Shown: positions 10,020 through 19,317, counted from the stretch's first letter. The stretch: DNA of 64,000 nt from Paracoccaceae bacterium (GCA_021648025.1 JAKITO010000016.1:164-64163), one strand, 5' to 3'. Notes: generated by a model from the sequence alone, not told the origin. Numbers and translations: made by a program.

Positions 10020-10379
10020 ATGGCAATTAGCAAAAGACAACTGTTCTTGAAGCGCCGCCTGCGCGTCCGGAACAAACTTCGCAAGGTCAACGCAGGGCGT
10101 CTTCGCCTTTCGGTGCACCGCTCGAACAAGAACATCAGCGTCCAGTTGATCGACGATGTTATGGGCGTGACTTTGGCGTCTGCCTCATCGCTTGAAAAAG
10201 ATCTTGGGATGGTCGGCAAGAACAACATCGAGGCTGCCACCAAGATTGGTGCGGCCATCGCCGAGCGGGCCAAGAAGGCCGGCATAAGCGAGGCCTATTT
10301 TGACCGCGGCGGGCGTTTGTTCCACGGCAAGGTCAAAGCATTGGCCGAAGCAGCCCGCGAGGGCGGGTTGAAGATATAA
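10020..10379 (+). CDS. rplR: 50S ribosomal protein L18
   Basis: [23 protein letters not shown]...[26 protein letters not shown]. Confidence 0.95.
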   Translation: MAISKRQLFLKRRLRVRNKLRKVNAGRLRLSVHRSNKNISVQLIDDVMGVTLASASSLEKDLGMVGKNNIEAATKIGAAIAERAKKAGISEAYFDRGGRLFHGKVKALAEAAREGGLKI

Positions 10380-10385
10380 GAATGC

Positions 10386-10408
10386 AGGCGGCCTTTTGCG
10401 GGCCGCCT
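10386..10408 (+). other. GC-rich stem-loop inside the rplR-rpsE spacer
   Basis: AGGCGGCC-TTTTGCG-GGCCGCCT forms an 8-bp perfect stem 7 nt after the rplR stop. No U-tract follows. The spacer is 103 nt. Confidence 0.4.
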
Positions 10409-10482
10409 CGATGATCCGGGGGTAAATGCTCACCGGGATTGACCAAATCAGGCGCATGTCGCCGGAATGAAAGGATTGCCAA

Positions 10483-11055
10483 ATGGCAAGAGATACCAAC
10501 CGTGGCCGTGGCCGTCGCGACGAGAACCCGGAATTTGCCGACCGTCTGGTGGCAATCAACCGCGTGTCCAAGACCGTAAAAGGTGGTAAGCGTTTCGGCT
10601 TTGCCGCTTTGGTCGTGGTCGGCGATCAAAAGGGCCGGGTCGGCTTTGGCAAAGGTAAAGCCAAGGAAGTGCCCGAGGCGATCCGCAAGGCAACCGAAGC
10701 TGCCAAGCGTAACATCGTGCGGGTGCAATTGCGCGAAGGCCGCACCTTGCACCACGACATCCAGGGACGTCATGGCGCTGGCAAAGTGATCATGCGTTCG
10801 GCCCCTGAAGGGACCGGGATCATCGCCGGTGGTCCGATGCGGGCAATATTCGAGATGCTGGGCGTCAAGGATGTTGTGTCCAAGTCGATCGGTTCGCAGA
10901 ACCCTTACAACATGATCCGCGCCACCATGGACGGCCTGAAGAAAGAGCAATCGCCGCGTTCGGTTGCCCAGCGTCGTGGCAAAAAGGTGGCCGATATCCT
11001 GCCCAAGCGGGATGAACCCAAAGCCGAGGCACCTGCTGCCGAAGCAGACGCATAA
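10483..11055 (+). CDS. rpsE: 30S ribosomal protein S5
   Basis: [70 protein letters not shown]... Confidence 0.95.
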   Translation: MARDTNRGRGRRDENPEFADRLVAINRVSKTVKGGKRFGFAALVVVGDQKGRVGFGKGKAKEVPEAIRKATEAAKRNIVRVQLREGRTLHHDIQGRHGAGKVIMRSAPEGTGIIAGGPMRAIFEMLGVKDVVSKSIGSQNPYNMIRATMDGLKKEQSPRSVAQRRGKKVADILPKRDEPKAEAPAAEADA

Positions 11056-11067
11056 AGGAGCGGATCA

Positions 11068-11256
11068 ATGGCAAAAACAATCGTCGTCAAGCAGATCGGA
11101 AGCCCGATCCGCCGCCCCGCCAAACAGCGTGCCACGCTGATTGGTCTGGGTCTGAACAAGATGCACAAAACCCGCGAATTGGAGGACACGCCGTCAGTAC
11201 GCGGCATGGTCAACAAGATTTCGCATATGGTTGAGATCATCGAAGAAAAAGGCTGA
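11068..11256 (+). CDS. rpmD: 50S ribosomal protein L30
   Basis: [62 protein letters not shown]. Confidence 0.95.
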   Translation: MAKTIVVKQIGSPIRRPAKQRATLIGLGLNKMHKTRELEDTPSVRGMVNKISHMVEIIEEKG

Positions 11257-11287
11257 GGGGTGGTGGGGTGAAACCACACCCTACGGC
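11257..11287. repeat. REP-like element, copy 1
   Basis: GGGGTGGTGGGGTGAAACCACACCCTACGGC lies directly after the rpmD stop. It shares GGGGTGGTG..TGAAA..CAC..CACCCTACGGC with the copy at 16731-16762. Confidence 0.5.
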
Positions 11288-11298
11288 ATGAATTGCAG

Positions 11299-11324
11299 CG
11301 CCCTCGGGAAACCGGGGGCGTTTT
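11299..11324 (+). terminator. Intrinsic terminator ending the r-protein block
   Basis: CGCCCTCGG-GAAA-CCGGGGGCG forms a 9-bp stem with one G-U pair and a GAAA loop. It is followed immediately by TTTT. Confidence 0.7.
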
Positions 11325-11390
11325 GCCTTGACATCGAAAAGTACGTTGCTTACAGGGTGAGGTAGAAAATCTACATCAAGGAGTAAGTAA

Positions 11391-12413
11391 ATGAAAGTTC
11401 TTGGATTCTGGAACAACAAAGGTGGCACTGGAAAGACCAGCCTAGCGTTCCAAGCAGTTTGCGCTTTTGCAGTGCAAAACCCAAACTCATCCATTCTTGT
11501 TGTTGATGTCTGCCCTCAGGCAAACCTGAGCGAATTGTTTTTGGGTGGGCAGGAAAAGGATGGCGGAAAGAATTTGCTGGCACTGCACGGGGATGCTTTC
11601 CGTCGCTCAATTGGGGGGTACTTTCAAGAAAGATTGCCAAAGCCATTTGACAAAAGTGGAATATCTCCGTCAAGTTTTGTGTCGCAACCACACAGTTTCA
11701 ACGACAAAATTCCGAAAAACATTACGCTTTTAGCTGGTGACCCTTTACTGGAACTTCAGTCAAATGCGATATCGACGCTGGCAAACACACAAATTCCTGG
11801 AACAGATAGTTGGGCGGCGGTTGCCAGTTGGTTGCGTGATTTTCTCGAAGCGGCGGTTGATGACTACGATTATTGCTTCGTCGACATGAACCCAAGTTTT
11901 TCAATGTATACGCAAATTGCGTTAGCTGCATGTGAGCGGCTTATATTGCCTGTGACTGCAGATGACTCATCACGCCGAGGAATCCAAAATGCGCTCAGCT
12001 TGATTTTTGGTGTAAAACTCCCTTCAGACATTTACGCGGAACATAACTTCCATACTCGTATGGGCACGGGGCAGATTCCTTTACCGAAGGTTCATTTGGT
12101 GGCGAAGAACAGGCTTACGCAATATGTGCGCGTAGCAAAAGGATACGCCGCAGTGCTAAATGGGATATCTGAAGACCTTTTGGCTATTCACAAAGCAAAT
12201 CCAGAGTTTTTCACCTTTAGTGATGTGAAAGACGGGTTGATCGACATTAAGGATTTTCAAACTGCAGGAGTTGTTGCGTTCGCGCGCGGCACGCCATTCG
12301 TATCTATGCATTCTGGGACTTTGAGTGTTGCGACGCAAAGAGTTCAAGTGAACCGAGGCCAGTTGATAGAAAACCGGGATATTATTGATCAGTTAGCACA
12401 TCAACTCTGGTAG
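11391..12413 (+). CDS. Orphan ParA/MinD-superfamily P-loop ATPase
   Basis: 340 aa. It has a deviant Walker A (FWNNKGGTGKTSLA), an A' motif (VVDVCPQANLS) and a Walker B (YCFVDMNPS). A strong RBS (AAGGAG) and a TTGACA hexamer lie upstream. GC is lower (spot count about 48%). No ParB-like ORF or obvious parS repeats are adjacent. Confidence 0.8.
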   Translation: MKVLGFWNNKGGTGKTSLAFQAVCAFAVQNPNSSILVVDVCPQANLSELFLGGQEKDGGKNLLALHGDAFRRSIGGYFQERLPKPFDKSGISPSSFVSQPHSFNDKIPKNITLLAGDPLLELQSNAISTLANTQIPGTDSWAAVASWLRDFLEAAVDDYDYCFVDMNPSFSMYTQIALAACERLILPVTADDSSRRGIQNALSLIFGVKLPSDIYAEHNFHTRMGTGQIPLPKVHLVAKNRLTQYVRVAKGYAAVLNGISEDLLAIHKANPEFFTFSDVKDGLIDIKDFQTAGVVAFARGTPFVSMHSGTLSVATQRVQVNRGQLIENRDIIDQLAHQLW

Positions 12414-12441
12414 AAAATGGGCCCGCCCGGCTTCGCCAGTT

Positions 12442-12469
12442 CGCACCTGCCCGCTACTGGGCAGGTGCG
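12442..12469. terminator. Perfect hairpin in the convergent parA-like/apbC spacer
   Basis: CGCACCTGCCC-GCTACT-GGGCAGGTGCG forms an 11-bp perfect stem. There is no clear U-tract on either strand. Confidence 0.45.
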
Positions 12470-12573
12470 ATGCACCCAACCAGGCAGGCGTGGCCTTCAG
12501 GTGGAATTGAATTGACTGTCGATTTATGGGATGAGCCTTGGGCGAACTGCCCAAAATGTCGTATAGGCTACGC

Positions 12574-13674
12574 TCAATCCTCATCCACATCCGGAAACAA
12601 CCGCGTCGCGATCTTCAGCGCGATGTTGCGATAGATTGCAGCATGCGGTCCTTCGGCCTGACTGACCATGACCGGTGTGCCGGAATCCGAGTGCTTGCGG
12701 ATGTCCATGTGCAACGGGATCGCTGCCAGAAACGGCACACCAAGACGTTTGGCGTCTTCTTCTGCGCCGCCATGGCCAAAGATATCCGAGGATTCACCAC
12801 AATGCGGACAGACAAAGGTCGACATGTTTTCAATGATGCCAAAGATTGGCACATTGACATTCTTGAACATTTTCAACCCCTTGCGCGCGTCAATCAGGGC
12901 CAGATCCTGCGGCGTTGACACAATGATCGCGCCATTCAGGGGCACCTGCTGGGCCATGGTCAACTGGGCGTCGCCGGTGCCGGGCGGCATATCAAGAACC
13001 AGAACGTCCAATTCGCCCCAATCGACCTCTCGGGTCATCTGCATCAGCGCCGTCACCACCATCGGGCCGCGCCAGATTACCGGGTTGTCCTCTTGCATCA
13101 GGAACCCCATTGACATCACCTTGATGCCGTAACGTTCCAGCGGGATCACCCGGTCATCCTTGATCTCGGGCCGGTCATGAATGTCCATCAGCCGGGGCAG
13201 GGACGGCCCGTAAATATCCGCATCCAGCAATCCGATTTTCAGGCCAAGCGACCGCAGACCCAATGCAATGTTCACCGCAGTGGTGGATTTGCCAACCCCA
13301 CCTTTACCCGAAGCAACGGCGATGATTGTCTTGATGCCGGGAATGGCCGCACTTTCAGGGCGGGCGTCCTCGCCGGGGGCATCGGTGGGACGTTTCTTTA
13401 ATTTGGGTGGCTGGGCGATGGCCGGGGCCGGACGTTCGGAGGTCAGGACCACCAGCAGGGTCGCAATTTCCTCCAGGCCTTTCAGCTTATCCTCGATCAG
13501 GGTCTTGATCTCGGCCAGGTCGCCGGGGAAATCCATCGGCACGTTGACGGAAACAATCACCTTGGTGCCGTCAATTGAAATCTCGCGTTCGGTGATAAGC
13601 CCAAGATTGACCAGATCGGACCGCAGGCCCGGAACCTTGATGGTTGAAATGCGCGCCAGAATGACTTTTTTCAT
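12574..13674 (-). CDS. apbC: Mrp/ApbC (NBP35-family) iron-sulfur cluster carrier ATPase
   Basis: 366 aa. It has an N-terminal DUF59/MIP18-like domain, the P-loop VASGKGGVGKSTTAVN and the Fe-S ligand motif FVCPHCGE. Confidence 0.9.
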   Translation of the reverse strand: MKKVILARISTIKVPGLRSDLVNLGLITEREISIDGTKVIVSVNVPMDFPGDLAEIKTLIEDKLKGLEEIATLLVVLTSERPAPAIAQPPKLKKRPTDAPGEDARPESAAIPGIKTIIAVASGKGGVGKSTTAVNIALGLRSLGLKIGLLDADIYGPSLPRLMDIHDRPEIKDDRVIPLERYGIKVMSMGFLMQEDNPVIWRGPMVVTALMQMTREVDWGELDVLVLDMPPGTGDAQLTMAQQVPLNGAIIVSTPQDLALIDARKGLKMFKNVNVPIFGIIENMSTFVCPHCGESSDIFGHGGAEEDAKRLGVPFLAAIPLHMDIRKHSDSGTPVMVSQAEGPHAAIYRNIALKIATRLFPDVDED

Positions 13675-13851
13675 GTCCGCTCCTTAGAGGATGGGTTTAC
13701 CATCCGTCCTTTTAGCCGGGATGCCTGGATTATCCAATAGCGTTTTTGGAATGTGTTTTGAAGCGGCCCGGATATCACGAGCTTCTTGACCAGAGCTGCA
13801 ATACTATTAGCATACGAATGACATCTGTTTGACCTCGAAAGGAAATTCCCA

Positions 13852-15015
13852 ATGGCCGAGAAACTTGTAATCAAAAACATAGGGTTACTTCTGTCAGGCA
13901 AGATGGAAACACCGATTCTGGATGGTGATTGCATGATCGCGATTGACGGCAGGATTTCCGAATGGGGGTATGGCGCAGATATGGACACCGAGGGCGCCAC
14001 CACAGAGGTTGACGCCCACGATGTCACCCTTGCCCCCGGTTTGATCGACAGTCACGTCCATCCGGTGATCGGCGACTACACCCCACGTCAGCAACAATTG
14101 CACTGGATTGATTCGACCTTGCATGGCGGGGTAACCACGATGATTTCTGCGGGCGAAGTGCATATGCCGGGGCGGCCCAAGGATGTGGTCGGCCTTAAGG
14201 CCATGGCGATTGCATCGCAGCGTTGGTACGAAAATTTCCGCCCCTCGGGGATGAAGGTCCATGCCGGGGCGCCGGTGATCGAACATGGCATGGTCGAAGA
14301 AGATTTCAAAGAGATGGCCGACGCGGGCGTCAAACTATTGGGAGAGGTCGGCCTGGGCACTGTCAAGGACGGCAAGACCGCAAAGCAAATGGTTGATTGG
14401 GCGCGTAAATACGGCATTCAAAGCACCATTCATACCGGCGGGCCTTCGATCCCCGGTTCGGGGTTGATTGACGCGGATATGGTGATTGAAACCGGAACGG
14501 ACGTGATTGGCCATATCAATGGCGGGCATTCGGCGTTGCCGGATGATCAGATCATTTGTCTGTGCGAAAGCTGTTCAGCAGCGTTTGAGATTGTGCATAA
14601 TGGCAACGAACGCGCCGCGTTGCTGGCGTTGAATACGGCGCGGGAATTGAACAAGCTGGACCAGATCATTCTGGGCACGGACGGCCCGGCCGGGTCGGGG
14701 GTGCAGCCGCTGGGAATTTTGCGGATGGTGGCGATGTTGTCCAGTTTGGGCGATGTGCCGGCCGAAGTGGCGTTTTGTTTTGCCAACGGTAACACGTCGC
14801 GGCAACGCGAATTGGACACCGGGTTGATTGAACGGGGATATGCGGCGGATTTTGTGCTGATGGATCAGGCCCAGCACGCACCAGGCGGCAATATCCTGGA
14901 ATCGGTGCAATTGGGCAATCTGCCTGGGGTGGGCATGACCATCATCGACGGGGTTGTCACCAGTCAGAGAAGCCGGAATACACCGCCGGCCGGGCGTTTA
15001 CCGGAAGTTCTGTAA
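13852..15015 (+). CDS. Metal-dependent amidohydrolase (enamidase-like)
   Basis: 387 aa. It carries the GLIDSHVHP metal motif and the later ..IHTGGPSIPG.. and ..GHINGGH.. motifs. The enamidase-like assignment is from recollection only. Confidence 0.75.
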   Translation: MAEKLVIKNIGLLLSGKMETPILDGDCMIAIDGRISEWGYGADMDTEGATTEVDAHDVTLAPGLIDSHVHPVIGDYTPRQQQLHWIDSTLHGGVTTMISAGEVHMPGRPKDVVGLKAMAIASQRWYENFRPSGMKVHAGAPVIEHGMVEEDFKEMADAGVKLLGEVGLGTVKDGKTAKQMVDWARKYGIQSTIHTGGPSIPGSGLIDADMVIETGTDVIGHINGGHSALPDDQIICLCESCSAAFEIVHNGNERAALLALNTARELNKLDQIILGTDGPAGSGVQPLGILRMVAMLSSLGDVPAEVAFCFANGNTSRQRELDTGLIERGYAADFVLMDQAQHAPGGNILESVQLGNLPGVGMTIIDGVVTSQRSRNTPPAGRLPEVL

Positions 15016-15074
15016 CCTGCCCGTGCCTGAATAAGGTCCCGGATCAAGTCAGGGACCGCGCAAACCTGTTAAGG

Positions 15075-15503
15075 TCAGGACAATTTGCGCAGCAATTTCA
15101 TCAATTTACGCTGCTCGGCATCATTCAGAGGTTTCAGCGTTTCAGCCGTGATCGCGTGGCCAACAGCCTTCATTCGTGCGACCAGATCAGTGCCGGCGGA
15201 TGACAGGGAAATCAACGTGCGGCGTTTGTCGTTAGGGTCCGATTCGGCCAGGATCAGCCCTTTTTGCCGCAACCGGTCGGCCACACCTTTGATGGTCGCC
15301 ACATCCATTGCCGCCAGACGTCCCAGCCGGTTTTGCGAGCATTTTTCCTGTTCAGACAGGCGCATCAGTGTCGAGAATTGCGTGGGTGTCAGGCCTTCGA
15401 TGGTCAGGGACTGAAAAATCGTCGCGTGCCGTTGGCTGGCCAACCGCAGAAGAAAGCCGACCTGATCATCAAGGATATAGGTGTCTGCCGCCGTGTCTGG
15501 CAT
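15075..15503 (-). CDS. MarR-family transcriptional regulator
   Basis: 142 aa from ATG 15503: MPDTAADTYILDDQVGFLLRLASQRHATIFQSLTIEGLTPTQFSTLMRL...DKRRTLISLS, a winged-HTH sequence. Confidence 0.85.
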   Translation of the reverse strand: MPDTAADTYILDDQVGFLLRLASQRHATIFQSLTIEGLTPTQFSTLMRLSEQEKCSQNRLGRLAAMDVATIKGVADRLRQKGLILAESDPNDKRRTLISLSSAGTDLVARMKAVGHAITAETLKPLNDAEQRKLMKLLRKLS

Positions 15504-15653
15504 GGGTTTTCTCTGTATTGGTTGCGGTTTGGGCTTTATAACCTGAAACGGTGTCGGGGAACAACGATGGTATTGATGCAAGTATTTCTGGATGATCCTC
15601 GAATTCTGGTTGATACTCTGGCTGACAGGCTCTCAATTTCAGGAAATAACCCA

Positions 15654-16721
15654 ATGACTGATTCAAAACTGCCGCTGATTTTTGACGGCCACAACGACGT
15701 GCTGACCCGATTGTTCGAAGGTGCCGGGCGTAAGGGCGTTCAGGGGTTTGTCACCGGCAACGACGGGCACATTGATCTGCCCCGGGCGCAAAAGGGCGGG
15801 TTTGGTGGCGGGTTTTTTGCCATCTATGTGCCATCCCGCAGCGGTGTGGACAGTGCGATGCAAGAGATGTGCCAGCCAAGTTATGATCTGCCCCTGCCCG
15901 CCCTGATCAACGCGCCAGAGGCTTTGCCCGTCGCGCTTGAACAGGCCTCTTTGCTGATTGATCTTGAACGCAGCGGGGCGCTGCAAATCTGTGTCAGTAC
16001 TGGTAATATTCGCGCCGCATTTGCTGCGGGGCGGATTGCGGCGATCATGCATATCGAAGGCGCCGAGGCGATTGACGGGGACTTTCATGCGCTGGATGTG
16101 TTGTATCGCGCCGGGTTGCGTTCGCTTGGGCCAGTGTGGAGTCGCCCGACCATTTTCGGCGAAGGCGTGCCGTTTCGGTTCCCGTCGACCGGCGACATTG
16201 GCGGTGGTTTGACCGACAAGGGCCGCGAGTTGATCCGGCGCTGCAACCAGATGCGGATCATGGTTGATCTGTCGCATCTGAACGAGGCGGGGTTTTGGGA
16301 TGTGGCCCGGATAAGTGACGCACCCCTGGTGGCGACCCATTCGAATTGCCACGCCTTAAGTGCGCAGTCGCGCAATCTGACTGACAAGCAATTGCACGCA
16401 ATTGCCGAAAGTGACGGCATGGTGGGGTTGAACTTTGCCACCGCGTTCCTGCGCGAAGACGGCCAGATGGCGGGCGATGTGCCGTTGGATACCTTGCTGC
16501 GCCATCTGGATCATATGATTGGCATTCTGGGCGAAGACCGGGTTGGCTTTGGCTCGGATTTCGACGGGGCGCTGGTGCCGGACAAGATCAAGGATGTGAC
16601 CGGGTTGGTGCCGCTAAGAGAGGCCATGCGCGCGCATGGTTACAGTGAGGCGCTGATGGCCAAGCTGGCGCATGAGAACTGGCTGCGGGTTCTGGCGAAA
16701 ACCTGGGGTGAAGGCGATTAA
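15654..16721 (+). CDS. Membrane dipeptidase (peptidase family M19)
   Basis: 355 aa from ATG 15654, with AGGA upstream: MTDSKLPLIFDGHNDVLTRL..., ..HIEGAEAI.., ..DLSHLNE.., ..ATHSNCHAL.., ..GFGSDFDG... The longer track ORF start is antisense to marR. Confidence 0.85.
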   Translation: MTDSKLPLIFDGHNDVLTRLFEGAGRKGVQGFVTGNDGHIDLPRAQKGGFGGGFFAIYVPSRSGVDSAMQEMCQPSYDLPLPALINAPEALPVALEQASLLIDLERSGALQICVSTGNIRAAFAAGRIAAIMHIEGAEAIDGDFHALDVLYRAGLRSLGPVWSRPTIFGEGVPFRFPSTGDIGGGLTDKGRELIRRCNQMRIMVDLSHLNEAGFWDVARISDAPLVATHSNCHALSAQSRNLTDKQLHAIAESDGMVGLNFATAFLREDGQMAGDVPLDTLLRHLDHMIGILGEDRVGFGSDFDGALVPDKIKDVTGLVPLREAMRAHGYSEALMAKLAHENWLRVLAKTWGEGD

Positions 16722-16730
16722 CATCCCCGG

Positions 16731-16762
16731 GGGGTGGTGCGTGAAATCACGCACCCTACGGC
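16731..16762. repeat. REP-like element, copy 2
   Basis: GGGGTGGTGCGTGAAATCACGCACCCTACGGC has a core hairpin GGTGCGTG-AAAT-CACGCACC. It lies in the convergent spacer between the dipeptidase and the Fe-ADH. Confidence 0.5.
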
Positions 16763-16780
16763 CCCCATCCGACCTTTTGC

Positions 16781-17926
16781 TTACAGGCAGGATTCCAGCA
16801 GCGCCCTGGTGTTTTCGGCGGTCATTTTCACCGGATTGCCGCCGGTGCTTGGGTCGTTCAACGCGTCCCGCACCAGCACGTCGATATCCGGGTCTTTGAC
16901 GCCAAGTTCGGTCAATGTGCGGGGGATGTTCATCTCGGCGTTCAATTTGTCCACATAGGCACAGAACCCGTCGAACCCGCCTTGAATGCTCAGGTAATTC
17001 GCCGCTTGGGCCAGCGCTTTTTTGACCTTGGGCCGGTTGAACTGCAACACCGCCGGCATGACAACAGCATTGGTGGTGCCGTGGTGGGTATGGTGATGCG
17101 CGCCAATTGGATGGCTTAACGCATGGATCGCCCCCAGCCCCTTTTGGAACGCCGTGGCCCCCATTGCGGCGGCGGACATCATATGCGCGCGGGCCGCAAT
17201 GTCGGTTCCGTCTTTATAGGCGCGCGGCAGGTATTGCTTGACCAGCCGCATGCCCTCAAGCGCCATACCTTGCGACATCGGGTGATAATGCGGCGAGCAG
17301 AACGCCTCGACGCAATGGGCAAACGCGTCCAATCCGGTGCCTGCGGTAAAGAACGGAGGCATGCCGACCGTCAGTTCGGGGTCACAGATCACCTGCAACG
17401 GCAGCATTTTCGGGTGAAAGATGATCTTTTTCTCATGGGTTTCGGAATTGGTGATAACGCCGGCGCGTCCCACTTCGGCCCCGGTTCCGGCGGTGGTTGG
17501 TACGGCAACAATCGGGTGGATCCCGGCCGGGTCGGCCCGGGTCCACCAATCGCCTACATCCTCAAAATCCCACATTGGTCGGGTCTGTCCGGCCATGAAC
17601 GCCAGCACCTTGCCAAGGTCCAGACCTGAACCGCCACCAAAGGCGATCACCCCATCATAACCACCTTCGCGGTAGACCTTAAGCCCCGCCGCCACGTTGG
17701 TGTCGTTCGGGTTTGGGTCCACGTCGCTAAACATCGCCCGGCCCAGTCCGGCGGCCTCGATCAGGTCCAGGGTTGCCGTGGTGATCGGCAGGTCGGCCAG
17801 GCCTTTGTCGGTGACCAACAGGGGCTTGGTGATGCCGGCCGCAGCACATGCTTCGGCGATTTCGGAAATGCGACCTGCGCCAAAGCGGATCGAGGTGGGG
17901 TAGGACCAGTTGCCAACAAGTTTCAT
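16781..17926 (-). CDS. Iron-containing (group III) alcohol dehydrogenase
   Basis: 381 aa. It has ..AFGGGSGLDLGK.. and the His cluster ..HALSHPIGAHHHTHHG... Confidence 0.85.
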   Translation of the reverse strand: MKLVGNWSYPTSIRFGAGRISEIAEACAAAGITKPLLVTDKGLADLPITTATLDLIEAAGLGRAMFSDVDPNPNDTNVAAGLKVYREGGYDGVIAFGGGSGLDLGKVLAFMAGQTRPMWDFEDVGDWWTRADPAGIHPIVAVPTTAGTGAEVGRAGVITNSETHEKKIIFHPKMLPLQVICDPELTVGMPPFFTAGTGLDAFAHCVEAFCSPHYHPMSQGMALEGMRLVKQYLPRAYKDGTDIAARAHMMSAAAMGATAFQKGLGAIHALSHPIGAHHHTHHGTTNAVVMPAVLQFNRPKVKKALAQAANYLSIQGGFDGFCAYVDKLNAEMNIPRTLTELGVKDPDIDVLVRDALNDPSTGGNPVKMTAENTRALLESCL

Positions 17927-17930
17927 ATCG

Positions 17931-19307
17931 TCAGACCTTTTTGAGATGGTAAGATTTGGGGCGGGTCAGGGCCTGAAAACCAAGCACCGAAAGCCCGGCA
18001 CCACGCCCGGTATCCTTGCAACCGGTCCAGCACAAGGCCGGATCAAGATAGTCGCATCGGTTCATGAACACGGTGCCGGTTTGCAGGCGTTTGGCAATGG
18101 CTTCGGCGGCATCTGCATCCTGCGTATAGATTGCCGCCGTCAAGCCGAACATGCTGTCATTCATCAGCAGGGTGGCTTCCTCGTCGTCTTTGACCGACAT
18201 GATCCCGACCACCGGACCAAAGCTTTCGTCGCGCATGACTCGCATTTCGTGGGTCACATTGGTCAGGATTTGCGGCGTGAGGTAAGCGGCCCCATCATCC
18301 GCTTTGAATTTGGCGATGTGTGCGGTTGCCCCGTCAGCCACCGCTTCGTCAATCTGGGCGCGGACCTCGGTGGCAAAGCGGACATTGGCCATGGGTCCGA
18401 TGGTTGTTTTGGCCTCTAATGGGTTGCCCAAAACATAGGTGTTCACCAGCGCCACGGCCTTTTCGACGTAAGCGTCAAACAGGCTTTCGTGCACATAAAT
18501 CCGTTCGATCCCGCAACAGCATTGGCCGGAATTGAACATCGCCCCATCCATCAGCCCATCAACAGCGGCGTCCAGATCGGCGTCGCTGCGCACGTAACCC
18601 GGGTCTTTGCCGCCCAATTCGGTACTGACCGGCGTGAAGGTGCCCGCAGCGGCGCGTTCCATCGCCTTGCCGCCCCCCACCGAGCCGGTGAAGTTGACAA
18701 AATCGAACGACCGCGCAGCAATCAGCGCACTTGTGGTGTCATGATCCAGAAACACGTTCTGAAATACGTCGCGGGGGATGCCGGCCGCATAAAACGCCTC
18801 GGCCAGCCGTTCGCCGACCTGCAAGGTCTGGGTGGCGTGTTTCAGGATCACCGTATTGCCGGCAATCAGCGCCGGGGCGACCGTATTGATCGCGGTCATA
18901 TAAGGATAGTTCCAGGGGGCGACGACAAACACCACGCCGTGCGGTTCCCGTTCAATCTTGCGCAAAAACTGATCACTGTCTTCGATGATCAGCGGTGCCA
19001 GTGCGGCCTCGGCAATTCCGGCCATGTGCAACGCACGTTCTTCGAACCCGCCAAATTCACCGCCATAACGCACCGGGCGACCCATCTGATGCGCCAGTTC
19101 CAGCGCCATGCGGTCGGTTTTCTTGCCGACCTCAGCCACAGCCGCGCGCACCAAAGCGATGCGGTCTGCCATCGGGCGCGCGGCCCATTCGGGTTGCGCG
19201 ACGCGGGCGGCGCTGACCACCGTGTCGGCATCGGTGCGCGACAGCACCGGACGTTCCAGATAGGTTGATCCGTCAATCGGAGATATACATTTTAGCGTTT
19301 TGGTCAT
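17931..19307 (-). CDS. NAD(P)-dependent aldehyde dehydrogenase
   Basis: 458 aa from ATG 19307 (MTKTLKCISPIDGSTY...). It has the catalytic motifs ..STELGGKDP.. and ..NSGQCCCGIERIYV... The track start at 19376 would overlap the 3' end of vapC, so I use the later ATG. Confidence 0.85.
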   Translation of the reverse strand: MTKTLKCISPIDGSTYLERPVLSRTDADTVVSAARVAQPEWAARPMADRIALVRAAVAEVGKKTDRMALELAHQMGRPVRYGGEFGGFEERALHMAGIAEAALAPLIIEDSDQFLRKIEREPHGVVFVVAPWNYPYMTAINTVAPALIAGNTVILKHATQTLQVGERLAEAFYAAGIPRDVFQNVFLDHDTTSALIAARSFDFVNFTGSVGGGKAMERAAAGTFTPVSTELGGKDPGYVRSDADLDAAVDGLMDGAMFNSGQCCCGIERIYVHESLFDAYVEKAVALVNTYVLGNPLEAKTTIGPMANVRFATEVRAQIDEAVADGATAHIAKFKADDGAAYLTPQILTNVTHEMRVMRDESFGPVVGIMSVKDDEEATLLMNDSMFGLTAAIYTQDADAAEAIAKRLQTGTVFMNRCDYLDPALCWTGCKDTGRGAGLSVLGFQALTRPKSYHLKKV

Positions 19308-19317
19308 TGTGCGCCTT

